DNA of 64,000 bases from contig CM119372.1 of the NCBI GenBank assembly GCA_051294905.1, positions 28,274,001-28,338,000 on the forward strand, in the 5' to 3' direction. A program made the position numbers and the translations under genes. Positions 37,101 to 49,990 of this stretch are shown here, piece by piece. Within the stretch, counting starts at the first letter, position 1; every line of letters starts with the position of its first letter. The stretch comes from Botryllus schlosseri. Taxonomy: Eukaryota. Below the pieces are notes generated by a model. The model made no database searches. It saw nothing but the letters and a program-made list of their open reading frames with translations, and was not told the origin of the DNA.

Positions 37101-40100
37101 CACATGGGCAGATGTTTCGGTCACCACTTTAACGTCTCTTTCCACTGCCTGGTTGTGCCAAGGATGATTGAGCCATAATGGTGATTACCTTAGATTTTCC
37201 AGCTCGAGATATGACGAGTTTTTGATTGCTGGTGGCTGTTCCATATCTTTTAGATTCAAGTTGACAATTTGTTGGTATGATTTGGCTTTTATGTTTATAA
37301 TTGGGACTTTTACCAATCTGATTCTAGTGTCAACGTTGTTTTTAGGTTTCGGTTCATTAACATATATCCTAGTTCAAAGTCGCCAATTGCAATCTGGTAT
37401 TGTGTTTGATCTGCTGATAGTTGTAATCTTGATAACTGCAAGTCTTCTGAGGCCTTCATCATCATCACCGAGCATCCCCAGAAAAACATTTTCTGGATGT
37501 GCAAAATATGTCTTTAGTTGTAGCACAGATAGTGCAAGGTTACGAATTCGTGTATCGCAAAGCTTTGAAACATGGGAAACTATGTTGTAGAAGTTTTTAG
37601 CACCATCAACAATGGAATTGTGCATTTTTATTTCAAACCATGACGAAAAATAAACCTCCCCGCAGAGTTGAGCAAGATAGTTGAGATTGCTTGATGGATG
37701 ACTCTGCCGCGCATAGAACATGTCGAATTTTGAGGTTCTTTGTGAGACAGAGTCATCCATCAAGCAATCTGAACTATCTTGCTCAGTTCTACATGGAGGT
37801 TTATTTTCCGTCATGGTTTGGAATACAAATGCACAACTATGGACGACTCTGTCCCACATAGAACATGCCGAATTTTTAGGTTCTATGTGCGACAGAGTCA
37901 TCCCACAACTGTATAACAATTATACTGTGCAATATTGGAGTTAAGCTTTTGAATAATACCTTGCCTATTTATTACATCTATATTTATTACATTATTTAAA
38001 TGTACTATGAAGTTCTGTACTTGAGTAGGCTTAATGGACTTACTAATGCACAACGGTTAAACGGCACACACAGTGTATATTTATTGATTGTATCCAATCA
38101 GAAAAAGCAACAAAATCTTGCTAAAATGTCAAGACGATAGTTATAAGCCACTTTGCGTGTTATATTGCATTGTTCGAAATCCAGATTAACATATGAAACC
38201 TGAAATTGATGTTAAGAAATCACAACAATAGGCCAACATCACTCATGGATTCAAACAAGCGACAACGCCAAAGATAACCGTACCATTATCAGACAGAAGT
38301 GTCAGCAGAAAGTATATTGAGCAGAGTTTTGTCCGTTCGAGCACTACTTCACTGTCCAGCATTCCTTTGATGTTTTCGAAAAGTTGCTTGTTCGTCAAAT
38401 ACCTTTTGACGTTATCTGTGAGTAAATGTAGGGTTATATCCATTCCATCTTACAGTTCTAATCTAACATAATACTTTCGCAACCGATAAAGTTAACATGC
38501 TAATAAAGAGTATAATGCCGTAAATACACACTCCAATACAAATAGTGATCTCCAAATGACCCCTAAATGTATTTAGTAACTCAACATGTCCTGAATTGAT
38601 CTTAAATCATTATCTGCCAACCAACCAACAATGCGCTTACAGAATCCCCGCCGTTAGCAGACTCCTTTAAACAACTAATCAGCAAGACGCCACCGTTATG
38701 ATCATTGATGCGTAGCCGACGCTAGCCGTGATTTCGTGATTACTATTCTTGTTGCCGTTCTATGGTCGCTGGCACGCCCACTCGTCGGTAGCTACTTTCA
38801 AACGCTTTGCGACAAATCTTAACGACTTTCCTGTGAGCTTATTCCAGGCTCATTGCTGTTTTTTATCAATAATCTATAGAATGAGACATTGATACCCGTC
38901 ATTTTTGAGATTTTCCAAATTTTGGACAACCCTAGTGGTCATATTTGTTCAGCGTCACGAATTATGCAGCGACCATCGAGTATAACCAACAAGGTTGTAA
39001 TGACTCGACCCGAGTCACGATTTTTTGGTCACTCCATTTGACTCGAGTCATTTTTTCAAATGCGTATGATGACTCAACTCGAGTGAATTGTTGCATTGAC
39101 TCGACTTGTAATCGATTCATTGTGCATGACTCGAACCAATTCATATAAATCGAGGCTAAGACGGCCAAGACATTTTGACCTTGTAATTTTGAAGAATAGT
39201 AAAGTTACCACATTATTGGTATTTCGTATATCAGTCCTGATCCTTGGAAAATAGGGCCAAAAACTGTTAAGACTGAGGACAAATACGATATTATGAATGC
39301 CATCCATTCTATATTACTCGAGTAGAGTTGAAAAAGTGCGTTGAACCGGATTGAACTGAAAACTGAACAGTGAACATCATCGAGCTAGTACAACGACTTG
39401 GACTCGAATTCTAGTCAAAACACTGTGACTCGGACTCGACCCTCTACTAGCGGACTTGGACTCGGACTTGACTCGGTGGTGAATTGAAAATGACTCGACT
39501 TGACTCGAGTCAAAATCATAAAAGTGAGATGGACTTGTGACGCGGAACCTTGTGACGTGGTTACAACCCTGATACCCTCAATGGAACTTCCACTTGCACT
39601 CAGTATCAGTCAAGAAAAATATGCAAGGTGTACACTGTGCACGGCCACTGGCCATTCTGGAATTGCGTAAAAGTATTTCTGGCTATTGCAACTGGCGTAC
39701 CATAATCCAGGAGCTCAATCTCAAACTGTTCCATATCACTTGAACTGCCCACGTAAACTCAATAGGATTTTCAGCACTTCAGCAAGCCGTCTCACGACTA
39801 CACTCCAAGACAACCTAGCTCCGAGACGACTTCACCGTGTTAATGGGCTTAATGAACTTCTAGCCAGGGTTGCAATCCAGGTACGTTTTGTGCAATATAC
39901 TTTGTGTGGCAAGATAGTACCCAGTATCACACGGCCCAAAGTATGTGTAGTGAGTATAAACTTTGGTGTGCATGAGACACCGATTCCAGTGGCCTATAGC
40001 ATTATTTCAAACATGGTTATCTAGCTGAATTTAATTTCAACTTGTGGCATCAAAGGCAATTTTTAATGTCTCTGCAGGTTACACTGTTATTGCTCAGCAA

Positions 40101-41060
40101 TGATAGCCTGAACAACTATCATTCTTTATCTGTAATAAGTTTATTTCAACAAGAATTACTCACTGCTCATTTCGACTGCACAAGACAGTGTATATAGACA
40201 CGTTTGGCATACACCTGGATCGTTGGTCTTTTGATACAGTTCCCATATTGTGTCTATTCCACCAACTCTGTGCAAATTATCCACCCCTGCAATAGAAAGG
40301 TAGAGATTGCATAAACAGTGATTAAAATGTTTTTCAAACTTTAGGTGATATCACTACATAACATATTTAAATCGGTCTATGGACATTTGAGCATACAATA
40401 TAATAGCATACTTGCCACACTTCAGCATGTGACAATTGGGCATACGACACATGAGCATGTGGGTTAAATTTCGGGCTCGGGCCGGAGTGGAATTGATGGC
40501 AACGTCACGCGCAACTTTCCATTTAATCACATTATTATTCTATGCAAGAAAATCTTCTGTCACGCGCAACTTATTGCCAAAACAATCCACTATTTGCAGT
40601 CATGGGTTAGGGTTGGATTTGGGGTTAGGATAGGTTCATGGATTAAGGGTAGGTTTCAGCATCATGGTTCGTCGTTTTAGGGTTAAGCTATAAAGTGTCA
40701 TATGCTCAACTTTTCCTTGTGTGGCATGCTCAGATGTCGGGCATCCGATTAAATCACCTTATAGGCCCACTGTAGTTACACGAGTTCTTTTCATCAAAGC
40801 TCTGAAAATTTATACATTCTCTCGTCAACATTACCAGCATAGTACGGTAGCAATTTAATTTCGGCCGAGCTACAAAGAGCCTATAGAGCCCAAGGAATAA
40901 ACGCATCGTAAGCTGCCATACCATCTTCGGAACACATTACAGAAATCGTCTGTAAGCTGGTGATTTGGGCTTCGTAATTATCGGTCTCGTCGTCTCCTGA
41001 TTGCAGGAAATGAAGCAATACTTCGATATCATTCAAAGTTCCCTTCATTTTACAGTCCAT
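25104..41060 (-). CDS. TERB1: TERB1 (CCDC79)-like armadillo-repeat meiotic telomere protein; exons 41060-40922, 40286-40164, 38415-38284, 36417-36357, 36299-36187, 36131-36006, 35199-35059, 32442-32296, 32237-32103, 32044-31944, 30486-30370, 30325-30308, 30012-29934, 29365-29218, 27815-27647, [uncertain exons ~25850-25555], ~25510-25373, 25314-25283, 25160-25104
   Basis: The first 15 exons join in frame with GT-AG sites. Colinear similarity to human TERB1 as recalled: NDIEVLLHFLQ~TDLNLLLECLK, CLYTLSCAVE~ALYTLGAIAE, SAQDLMLTTGCL~TGQTLVRETGCI, LW..C..L...PQNVQNQ~LWSSVCSTL..PQNDENQ, NKVAAHLLGFC~NKAATFVLHNC, ICSDILEEEV~LCSDIINKEV. The 3' exons are less certain. Confidence 0.8.
27031..27548. mobile_element. 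GACTCGAGTC-rich MITE (inverted), preceded by a partial second copy at 26596-26940
   Basis: TSD ACTAAAAT/GCTAAAAT; both copies are preceded by the same flank TGGACCATGACTAAAAT. Confidence 0.78.
28402..28794. mobile_element. hAT-type MITE
   Basis: CAGTGGTTCCAAACCT..AGGTTGCGAACCAATG; TSD TGGTAACG/TTGTAACG. Confidence 0.75.
31404..31731. mobile_element. hAT-type MITE (CAGTGGTTCCCAAC TIR, TCGCCCCC subterminal repeats)
   Basis: Perfect TSD GCCTAGGC; inverted sister copy at 44295-44671. Confidence 0.9.
33070..33325 (+). mobile_element. tRNA-derived SINE, second copy
   Basis: A box TAGTGTAATGG, B-box-like GGTCCGATTCC, colinear with 20608-20861, ending in a (CT)n tail. Confidence 0.78.
33541..34855. 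mobile_element. Non-autonomous hAT-type element
   Basis: CAGCACCGTAAC..GTTACGGCCCTG termini; perfect TSD AGTGGAAG; internal duplication ~34222-34335 / ~34551-34665. Confidence 0.85.
36519..37905 (-). pseudogene. Truncated, frameshifted DNA transposase (hATm-like) in a TERB1 intron
   Basis: Minus-strand fragments YFSSWFEIK..YFAHPENVFLGMLGD and HNQAVERDVKVVTETS..RRDGLIRQKL match motifs recalled from hATm-type transposases. One candidate terminus TAGGATGGAG at 36519; the other end was not found. Confidence 0.75.
38990..39571. mobile_element. GACTCGAGTC-rich MITE copy
   Basis: CAAGGTTGTAATGAC..GGTTACAACCCTG; colinear with 10116-10627 and 63110-63692. Confidence 0.82.
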
Positions 41061-41389
41061 CTCTCAACGTTGACGCTTCTGAAAACCACTGTGATTCTAA
41101 TAGAATTCTCGGGAATTATATATGTTCATGTGAAACACAAAAAATAGCAGGGGCATCATGGTATTTTTCAGTTTATAATTTTTACCGGAATTCCTGAAAC
41201 CACTTGCCAGATTTTACAATATTTATTTTGTGGCAGGTTATCGGGATACCTGATCAAGAATGCGACTCAATCAGTAAACACAGGTGCCCAACTGTAACAC
41301 AGATTTGCAATAAAAATGGTTTGAAATAACTTAGGAATAAGAACAGACCAGAATCACAACCAGTTCAATGAAATATCGCGTTGATCAAT

Positions 41390-44045
41390 ACATAGACACA
41401 CTTGAATTTCCGACAAAATCGATACATATATAATTGAAGAATTACCCATGTTGGGACCCTAAAGGAAGATATTCAACCGCATCAGTGGACGTAAGTACCC
41501 CTAATAAAGAATTATTGACGATCATGAAGCTTCGGAATAACTCAGGAACAGAACAGAATCCAATCGAATTCGGTGGAATATCGCGTCGTTCAATCCAAAG
41601 ATACACTTGAATTTCCGACAAAATCGGCACATATATAATTGAAGAATTACCCATGCTGGGACCCTAAAGGAAGATATTCAACCTCATCAGTGGACGTAAG
41701 TACCCCTAATAAAGAATTATTGACGATCATTAAGCTTCGGAATGACAAAGGAACAGAACAGAATCCGAATGAATTCGGTGGAATATCACCTCGTTCAATA
41801 CATAAACAGACTTGAAATCCCGACGAAATCGATACATATATAATTGAAGAATTACCCATGCTGGGACCCTAAAGGAAGATATTCAACCCCATCAGTGGAC
41901 GTAAGTACCCCTAATGAAGAGTTGTTGACAAACAATAAGCTTCGGAATAACTCAGGAACAGAACAGAATCCAATCGAATTCGGTGGAATATCGCGTCGTT
42001 CAATCCAAAGATACACTTGAATTTCTGACAAAATCGGCACATATATAATTAAAGAATTACCCATGCTGGGACCCTAAAGGAAGATATTCAACCCCATCAG
42101 TGGACGTAAGTACCCCTAATGAAGAGTTATTGACAAACAATAAGCTTCGGAATAACTCAGGAACAGAACAGAATCCAATCGAATTCGTTGGAATATCGCG
42201 TCGTTCAATCCAAAGATACACTTGAATTTCTGACAAATTCGGCACATATATAATTGAAGAATTACCCATGCTGGGACCCTAAAGGAAGATATTCAACCCC
42301 ATCAGTGGACGTAAGTACCCCTAATAAAGAATTATTGACGATCATTAAGCTTCGGAATGACAAAGGAACAGAACAGAATTCGAATGAATTCGGTGGAATA
42401 TCACCTCGTTCAATACTTAGACACACTTGAATTACCGACAAAATCGATACATATATAATTGAAGAATTACCCATGTTGGGACCCTAGAGGAAGATATTCA
42501 ACCGCATCAGTGGACGTAAGTACCCCTAATAAAGAATTATTGACAAGAAATAAGCTTCGGAATAACTCAGGAACAGAACAGCATCCAATCGAATTCGGTG
42601 GAATATCGCGTCGTTCAATCCATAGATACACTTGAATTTCTGACAAAATCGGCACATATATAATTAAAGAATTACCCATGCTGGAACCCTAAAGGAAGAT
42701 ATTCAACCCTATCAGTGGACGTATGTACCCCTACTAGAGAATTAGTGACGATCATTAAGCTTCGGAATGACAAAGGAACAGAACAGAATCCGAATGAATT
42801 CGGTGGAATATTACCTCGTTCAATACATAAACACACTTGAAATCCCGACGAAATCGATACATATATAATTGAAGAATTACCCATGCTGGGACCGTAAAGG
42901 AAGATATTCAACCCCATCAGTGGACGTAAGTACCCCTAATAAAAAATTATTTACGATCATCAAGCTTCGGAATGACGAAGGAACAGAACAGCATCCGAAT
43001 GAATTCGGTGGAATATCGCCTCGTTCAATACATAGACACATTTGAATTTCCGACGAAGTCGAGACATATATAATTGAAATATTACCCCTACTGGGATCCT
43101 AAAGGAAGATGTTCAACCCCATCAGTGGACATAAGTACCCCTAATGAAGAATTATTGACAAACAATAAGCTTCGGAATAACTCAGGAACAGAACAGAATC
43201 CAATCGAATTCGGTGGAATATCGCGTCGTTCAATCCATAGATACACTTGAATTTCTGACAAAATCGGCACATATATAATTAAAGAATTACCCATGCTGGG
43301 ACCCTAAAGGAAGATATTCAACCCTATCAGTGGACGTATGTACCCCTACTAGAGAATTAGTGACGATCATTAAGCTTCGGAATGACAAAGGAACAGAACA
43401 GAATCCGAATGAATTCGGTGGAATATTACCTCGTTCAATACATAAACACACTTGAAATCCCGACGAAATCGATACATATATAATTGAAGAATTACCCATG
43501 CTGGGACCGTAAAGGAAGATATTCAACCCCATCAGTGGACGTAAGTACCCCTAATAAAAAATTATTTACGATCATCAAGCTTCGGAATGACGAAGGAACA
43601 GAACAGCATCCGAATGAATTCGGTGGAATATCGCCTCGTTCAATACATAGACACATTTGAATTTCCGACGAAGTCGAGACATATATAATTGAAATATTAC
43701 CCCTACTGGGATCCTAAAGGAAGATGTTCAACCCCATCAGTGGACATAAGTACCCCTAATGAAGAATTATTGACAAACAATAAGCTTCGGAATAACTCAG
43801 GAACAGAACAGATTCCAATCGAATTCGGTGGAATATCGCGTCGTTCAATACATAGATACACTTGAATTTCTGACAAAATCGGCACATATATAATTAAAGA
43901 ATTACCCATGTTGGGACCCTAAAGGAAGATGTTCAACCCTATCAGTGGACGTAAGTACCCCTAATAAAGAATTATTGACGATCATGATGCTTCGGAATTA
44001 CTCAGGAGCAGAACAGAATCCGATCGAATTCGGTGGAATATCCCG
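41390..44045 (-). repeat. 205-bp tandem array, about 13 units (left arm)
   Basis: Anchors recur every 205 nt (41449, 41654, 41859 ... 43909). Confidence 0.97.
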
Positions 44046-44294
44046 TTAGTCAATATATTAATACTTCAAGTTACTCCTACAACGTGATATGTACAATTCA
44101 TTTATGTTGTTGTACATGATAACTAACCAAATTGGCGCCGGCTTTGCATCGAACACAATTTCCTTTTTAAAACAGTTCCAAGAATATATAGTCTACTAGT
44201 TAGAGTATAGCGAAAAGTAACGATATAGCGTGTGAAATTGTGTTTCCAAATGTATAGGTGGAGGGGGGTATATTCAGTTTATTTTCGTCTACTC

Positions 44295-44671
44295 CAGTGG
44301 TTCCCAACGTGGGCGATATCGCCCCCCAGGGGGCGATTTCGCGGTCTAGGGGGCGAAAATAACGAAGGGGGCGAAAATGGGAAAATGGACAAAGGGGGCG
44401 ACGGGGCGAGAAAAGAACGAAGGAGGAGATAGGGGTGCGATGACGCGTCAAAACGGATGACCTTTTTTTTTCATTTAGTCAACCCACGGTAATTTCGTTA
44501 CAAAAGTGTGTCAAATTAGACATCGAGCCGAAAATTTGACCTTTTTTTTTAGTCAACCCGCCGGTGATTACAGTTTGTATGCCCAATTTTCGGTAAACAA
44601 AATTTGGGGGGCGATGATCGGTGTTGACCTTGAAAAGGGGGCGATGGGTTGAAAAAGGTTGGGAACCACTG
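44295..44671. mobile_element. hAT-type MITE inside the foldback core
   Basis: CAGTGGTTCCCAAC TIRs; perfect TSD GTCTACTC. Confidence 0.92.
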
Positions 44672-44935
44672 GTCTACTCCTTCGGTATAATTTACCAATG
44701 TAGATGAGCAGGCACCGTTGGTTGGATCACTAGACACCATTCTATCTAGGATTTCAGAAAACTTTGAAATATAGTCGCTCTTATGATCAAGTATAGTGCG
44801 GCGCGGATGGACAACTTCTCTGATATCTTGTCTTTTCAATTCGCTGGCCCTACTTCGGTCCAACTCTAAGGTCGGATTCTTGAAATGACAGTGATCCTGT
44901 CGTAAAACCCCGATATTATTCATTTACTCACACGG

Positions 44936-46442
44936 CAGTGTTGGGATCAAGTCACTACCTTCGAGTCACGAGTCATCTCGAGTCATTGCACATTTTGACT
45001 CGAGTCAAATTAAGTCAATCGATTTTCGAAGGTGACTTTAGTCAAGTCAAGTCACTCATTTTTTGGAGGTGGCTTGAGTCGAATCAAGTCGAGTCAAGTT
45101 AAGTCACGAGAAAAGTCACAATTCAACTCAAATTGACTTTTCGGAGTATGAGTGATAATTCAAAGTCATTAGCATCACTCGTTGCGTGAAAGACAGATTA
45201 ATTGAATTAAATTTGATTGAATCAAACAACGAATATAAATTTAAATACCTGAGTAACCGTGTAGCTGAATGCTACAGTCTGGTAGTATCAGCAGATCTAG
45301 GCAGTGGTTCTCAACCTTTTTGTCTCCGCGGACCCCCTTGAACCTGTCACAGACCCCCGCGGACCCCCAAGTTTTAGATCGGATTTAGCTCGATTATCGA
45401 GTAACCGTTATCTGCCTTGCCTGCAAATATCGACCTTATGCTATAGGGATCAAGCAACCAGAATGCTAACATTCCCAACGGATTGTCTGATAGCATGCAA
45501 GGTTATAGTTGTTGAAGAGAGATTTCTAAAATATGAAATCTGAAGTTTTAAGCAGAACAATAACTACCAATAGCATGTATATCGCGCGAAGCGTTAAAAA
45601 AATTTCAGTTCAGTGCAGCTTTGCGCCCCACTTCAGATGCTTTCACCTATCCTAGTTTGAGAACCAAAACAGATGAATGTGGAGGATTGCAAATACTACG
45701 AAATCACCGTGATGGACCTTACTACTTCCATTTTTTATTCTTTCCCCAAACCCCCACAAAACATTTCTGAACAGCAATATGTTTGTATCAGTAGGCTGTT
45801 GGAAATTAAATTGAGTTCGCGGTGTAGGTTATTTGATCTCCGACGGTCATTCTGATTATGTAAGTCATGAAGTTTTGGTAGTAATAAAGTGAAACTGCCT
45901 CGTGATATCCCTAATTAGAAAAAAATCCACCCTTTTGCAAATTTAGAGGTCTCGTGGACCCCCTGCAAATGCTTCGCGGACCCCCAGGGGTCCGTAGAGC
46001 CCGGTTGAGAACCACTGAACTAGAGGATCGAATAAGAATCCGCGAGAAGTGATACAAATTGATATTGTACAATACAATACCCATCTACACATACATGAGA
46101 ATACAAACGCATCAACATATTCGTTTGAATCAAACTATACAAGAGGGTTGGTAAAGAGAATCCCGGAGAATTTATTTGAGATGTAACAATGGAGGTCCAG
46201 TGAGAGGTACAAGTACAATCAGTGAATGACTGGTTGCTCTCAGGACAGTCACGAGTGACACCGGCGTATATCGAACAATCGTAACATATTTAAGATTAAG
46301 GGATTTAATCGATACTGGGTACTTGATGACTTGAAATTTACTCGTAAATTTTACTTCGAGTCACGAGTCAATCCACATTTTTGAAGGGCCGAGTCAAGTC
46401 AAGTCATATACGAAAAGGTTAACTCGAGTCATCCCAACACTG
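44936..46442. mobile_element. CAGTGTTGGGAT-TIR element (AGTCA-rich ends) with nested MITE 45302-46017
   Basis: CAGTGTTGGGAT..ATCCCAACACTG; perfect TSD TCACACGG; sister copy starts at 61632. Confidence 0.9.
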
Positions 46443-47499
46443 TCACACGGTGGTTTTGAATATTGATTGACACAAAACAAGCAGGAATTAAAAAAAATAA
46501 AGAACAACCCCAACCCTAATCTGAAATAGCCTAGCTATGTCAACTTGGACTTAGCATGTGGTTTATTTCTATGAACTGCTGTTCAATGCAACTATTGATG
46601 CCAGGGCGGAAGAGGATACGGCTGCCCTTTTCTTTGTGAAAAAGCACTGGTGTAGCTCCAATCCGGCTCCACCTCTGCGCTATCTCAGGTGTAAATTCAG
46701 GACGTGATACGGGGAGAGACATGTGAGGCACCGCGTGTGTATGGTTGGTACTTGCATGGCTGACCGGATAAGAATACCGAGTGCCGTAGGCTTTTCAAAT
46801 TTTCGAACAAAGTCGTTTTTTTATTGCTTTACTGAATTTTTATGATTACTTCTGTTCTTTTGGCTCACTTACGAATATTAATTTAATAATTTTTCCGCTA
46901 CTTTCAATCGTGCACTCACGCGAAATTTGTAGTAACACATTTTCGTTCTATCGCAGTCTCGTGGTCTTTTGATATGATGAAAGTTGCAATTATATGACTA
47001 TATCAGTGTAATCTGGTGCTGTTTCGACCATATACATACAAGAACAGAGCGTGATACGAATATTCATCGTTTGAATGATCCTGACAGTTATCCGATTGAC
47101 TGTTCAACGTTATAGGCCAGTAATTGATCGTTTACAACATTTGACCACCATTCACTACGCAATCGGCATATTAATTGTTCAGAAATATAGAGTGAAAGAA
47201 GAGACGAGACACAGTTGAGGAACAAACGAGCCCAACCTCCACCTGATTGCAGACGAAATTGTGTTCCCGCGCTGGTGATATCTAGGGCTGGGCACAATGA
47301 TTCGAGTACTCGAATCTGAATCGAGTATTAACTTTAATGATTCGAGTCGAGTAGTAAAAGACGATGTTTTCGAGTACTGAAATTATACTCTTCTCGCCAC
47401 TGCATGTTATTTTATTAGCGAAAATTGCAGTTTCAATACTATTTTCCAATCTGGAAGCCTTGAAACCTTGATTGGCCTATCGCAACGTACGAAACATAT

Positions 47500-49990
47500 A
47501 GTGTGTCTATGTATTAAACGAGGCGATATTCCACCGAATTCATTCGGATTCTGTTCCGTTCCTTTGTCATTCCGAAGCTTAATGATCGTCAATAATTCTT
47601 TATTAGGAGTACTTACGTCCACTGATGGGGTTGAATATCTTCCTTTAGGGTCCCAGCATGGGTAATTCCTCAATTATATATGTATCGATTTCGTCGGAAA
47701 TTCAAGTGTGTCTATGTATTAAACGAAGCGATATTCCACCGAATTCATTCGGATTCTGTTCCGTTCCTTTGTCATTCCGAAGCTTAATGATCGTCAATAA
47801 TTCTTTATGAGGGGTACTTACGTCCACTGATGGGGTTGAATATCTTCCTTTAGGGTCCCAGCATGGGTAATTCTTCAATTATATATGTACCGATTTTGTC
47901 AGAAATTCAAATGTATCTATGGATTGAACGACGCGATATTCCACCGAATTCGATTGGATTCTGTTCTGTTCCTGAGTTATTCCGAAGCTTAATGATCGTC
48001 AATAATTCTTTATTAGGGGTACTTACGTCCACTGATGGGGTTGAACATCTTTCTTTAGGGTCCCAACATGGGTAATTCTTTAATTATATATGTGCCGATT
48101 TTGTCAGAAATTCAAGTGTATCTATGGATTGAACGACGCGATATTTCACCGAATTCGATTGGATTCTGTTCTGTTCCTGAGTTATTCCGAAGCTTATTGT
48201 TTGTCAATAACTCTTCATTAGGGGTACTTACGTCCACTGATGGGGTTGAATATCTTCCTTTAGAGTCCCAGCATGGGTAATTCTTCAATTATAAATGTAC
48301 CGATTATGTCAGAAATTCAAGTGTATCTATGGATTGAACGACGCGATATTCCACCGAATTCGATTGGATTCTGTTCTGTTCCTGAGTTATTCCGAAGCTC
48401 ATTGTTTGTCGATATTTCTTTCATAAGGTCACTTACGTCCACTGATGGGGTTGAATATCTTCCTTTAGGGTCCCAACATGGGTAATTCTTCAATTATATA
48501 TGGGCCGATTTTGTCAGAAATTCAAGTGTATCTATGGATTGAACGACGCGATATTCCACCGAATTCGATTGGATTCTGTTCTGTTCCTGAGTTATTCCGA
48601 AGCTTATTGTTTGTCAATAACTCTTCATTAGGGGTACTTCCGTTCACTGATGGGGTTGAATATCTTCCTTTAGAGTCCCAGCATGGGTAATTCTTCAATT
48701 ATAAATGTACCGATTATGTCAGAAATTCAAGTGTATCTATGGATTGAACGACGCGATATTCCACCGAATTCGATTGGATTCTGTTCTGTTCCTGAGTTAT
48801 TCCGAAGCTTATTGTTTGTCAATAACTCTTCATTAGGGGTACTTACGTCCACTGATGGGGTTGAATATCTTCCTTTAGGGTCCCAGCATGGGTAATTCTT
48901 TAATTATATATGTGCCGATTTTGTCAGTAATTCAAGTGTATCTATGGATTGAACGACGCGATATTCCACCGAATTCGATTAGATTCTGTTCTGTTTCTGA
49001 GTTATTCCGAAGCTTAATGATCGTCAATAATTCTTTATTACGGGTACTTACGTCCACTGATGGGGTTGAATATCTTCCTTTAGGGTCCCAACATGGGTAA
49101 TTCTTCAATTATATATGGGCCGATTTTGTCAGAAATTCAAGTGTATCTATGGATTGAACGACGCGATATTCCACCGAATTCGATTGGATTCTGTTCTGTT
49201 CCTGAGTTATTCCGAAGCTTATTGCTTGTCAATAACTCTTCATTAGGGACACTTACGTCCACTGATGGGGTTGAATATCTTCCTTTAGAGTCCCAGCATG
49301 GGTAATTCTTCAATTATAAATGTACCGATTATGTCAGAAATTCAAGTGTATCTATGGATTGAACGACGCGATATTCCACCGAATTCGATTGGATTCTGTT
49401 CTGTTCCTGAGTTATTCCGAAGCTTATTGTTTGTCAATAACTCTTCATTAGGGGTACTTACGTCCACTGATGGGGTTGAATATCTTCCTTTACGGTCCCA
49501 GCATGGGTAATTCTTTAATTATATATGTGCCGATTTTGTCAGTAATTCAAGTGTATCTATGGATTGAACGACGCGATATTCCACCGAATTCGATTAGATT
49601 CTGTTCTGTTCCTGAGTTATTCCGAAGCTTAATGATCGTCAATAATTCTTTATTACGCGTACTTACGTCCACTGATGGGGTTGAATATCTTCCTTTAGGG
49701 TCCCAGCATGGGTAATTCTTCAATTATATATGTACCGATTTTGTCAGAAATTCAAGTGTATCTATGGATTGAACGACGCGATATTCCGCCGAATTCGATT
49801 GGATTCTGTTCTGTTCCTGAGTTATTCCGAAGCTTATTGTTTGTCAATATTTCTTTTATAAGGTCACTTACGTCCACTGATGGGGTTGAATATCTTCCTT
49901 TAGGGTCCCAACATGGGTAATTCTTCAATTATATATGTGTCGATTTTGTCGAAAATACAAGTATATCTATGTATTGAACAACGTGATATT
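47500..49990 (+). repeat. 205-bp tandem array, about 12 units (right arm, inverted relative to left)
   Basis: Anchors recur every 205 nt (47658, 47863 ... 49913); the unit is the reverse complement of the left array unit. Confidence 0.97.

Noticed and set aside
40600..40690. Degenerate TTAGGG-like runs in an intron of the telomere-binding gene
   Set aside because: Only a few imperfect units, inside a small inverted-repeat-bounded segment (~40381-40739). Similar runs occur at ~46510 and ~53406, so the link is probably coincidental.
41087..41093. CACTGTG/CACAGTG near both ends of the large element, resembling the RSS heptamer or Transib/ProtoRAG termini
   Set aside because: The flanking 5-mers (AAAAC, GTTTC) are not a direct duplication. 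The inverted match extends further out and an 8-bp TSD fits perfectly. No RAG-like ORF was seen.
41390..49990. Regularly spaced repeats as a CRISPR-like array
   Set aside because: Whole 205-bp units repeat with no unique spacers; the context is eukaryotic and there are no cas genes.
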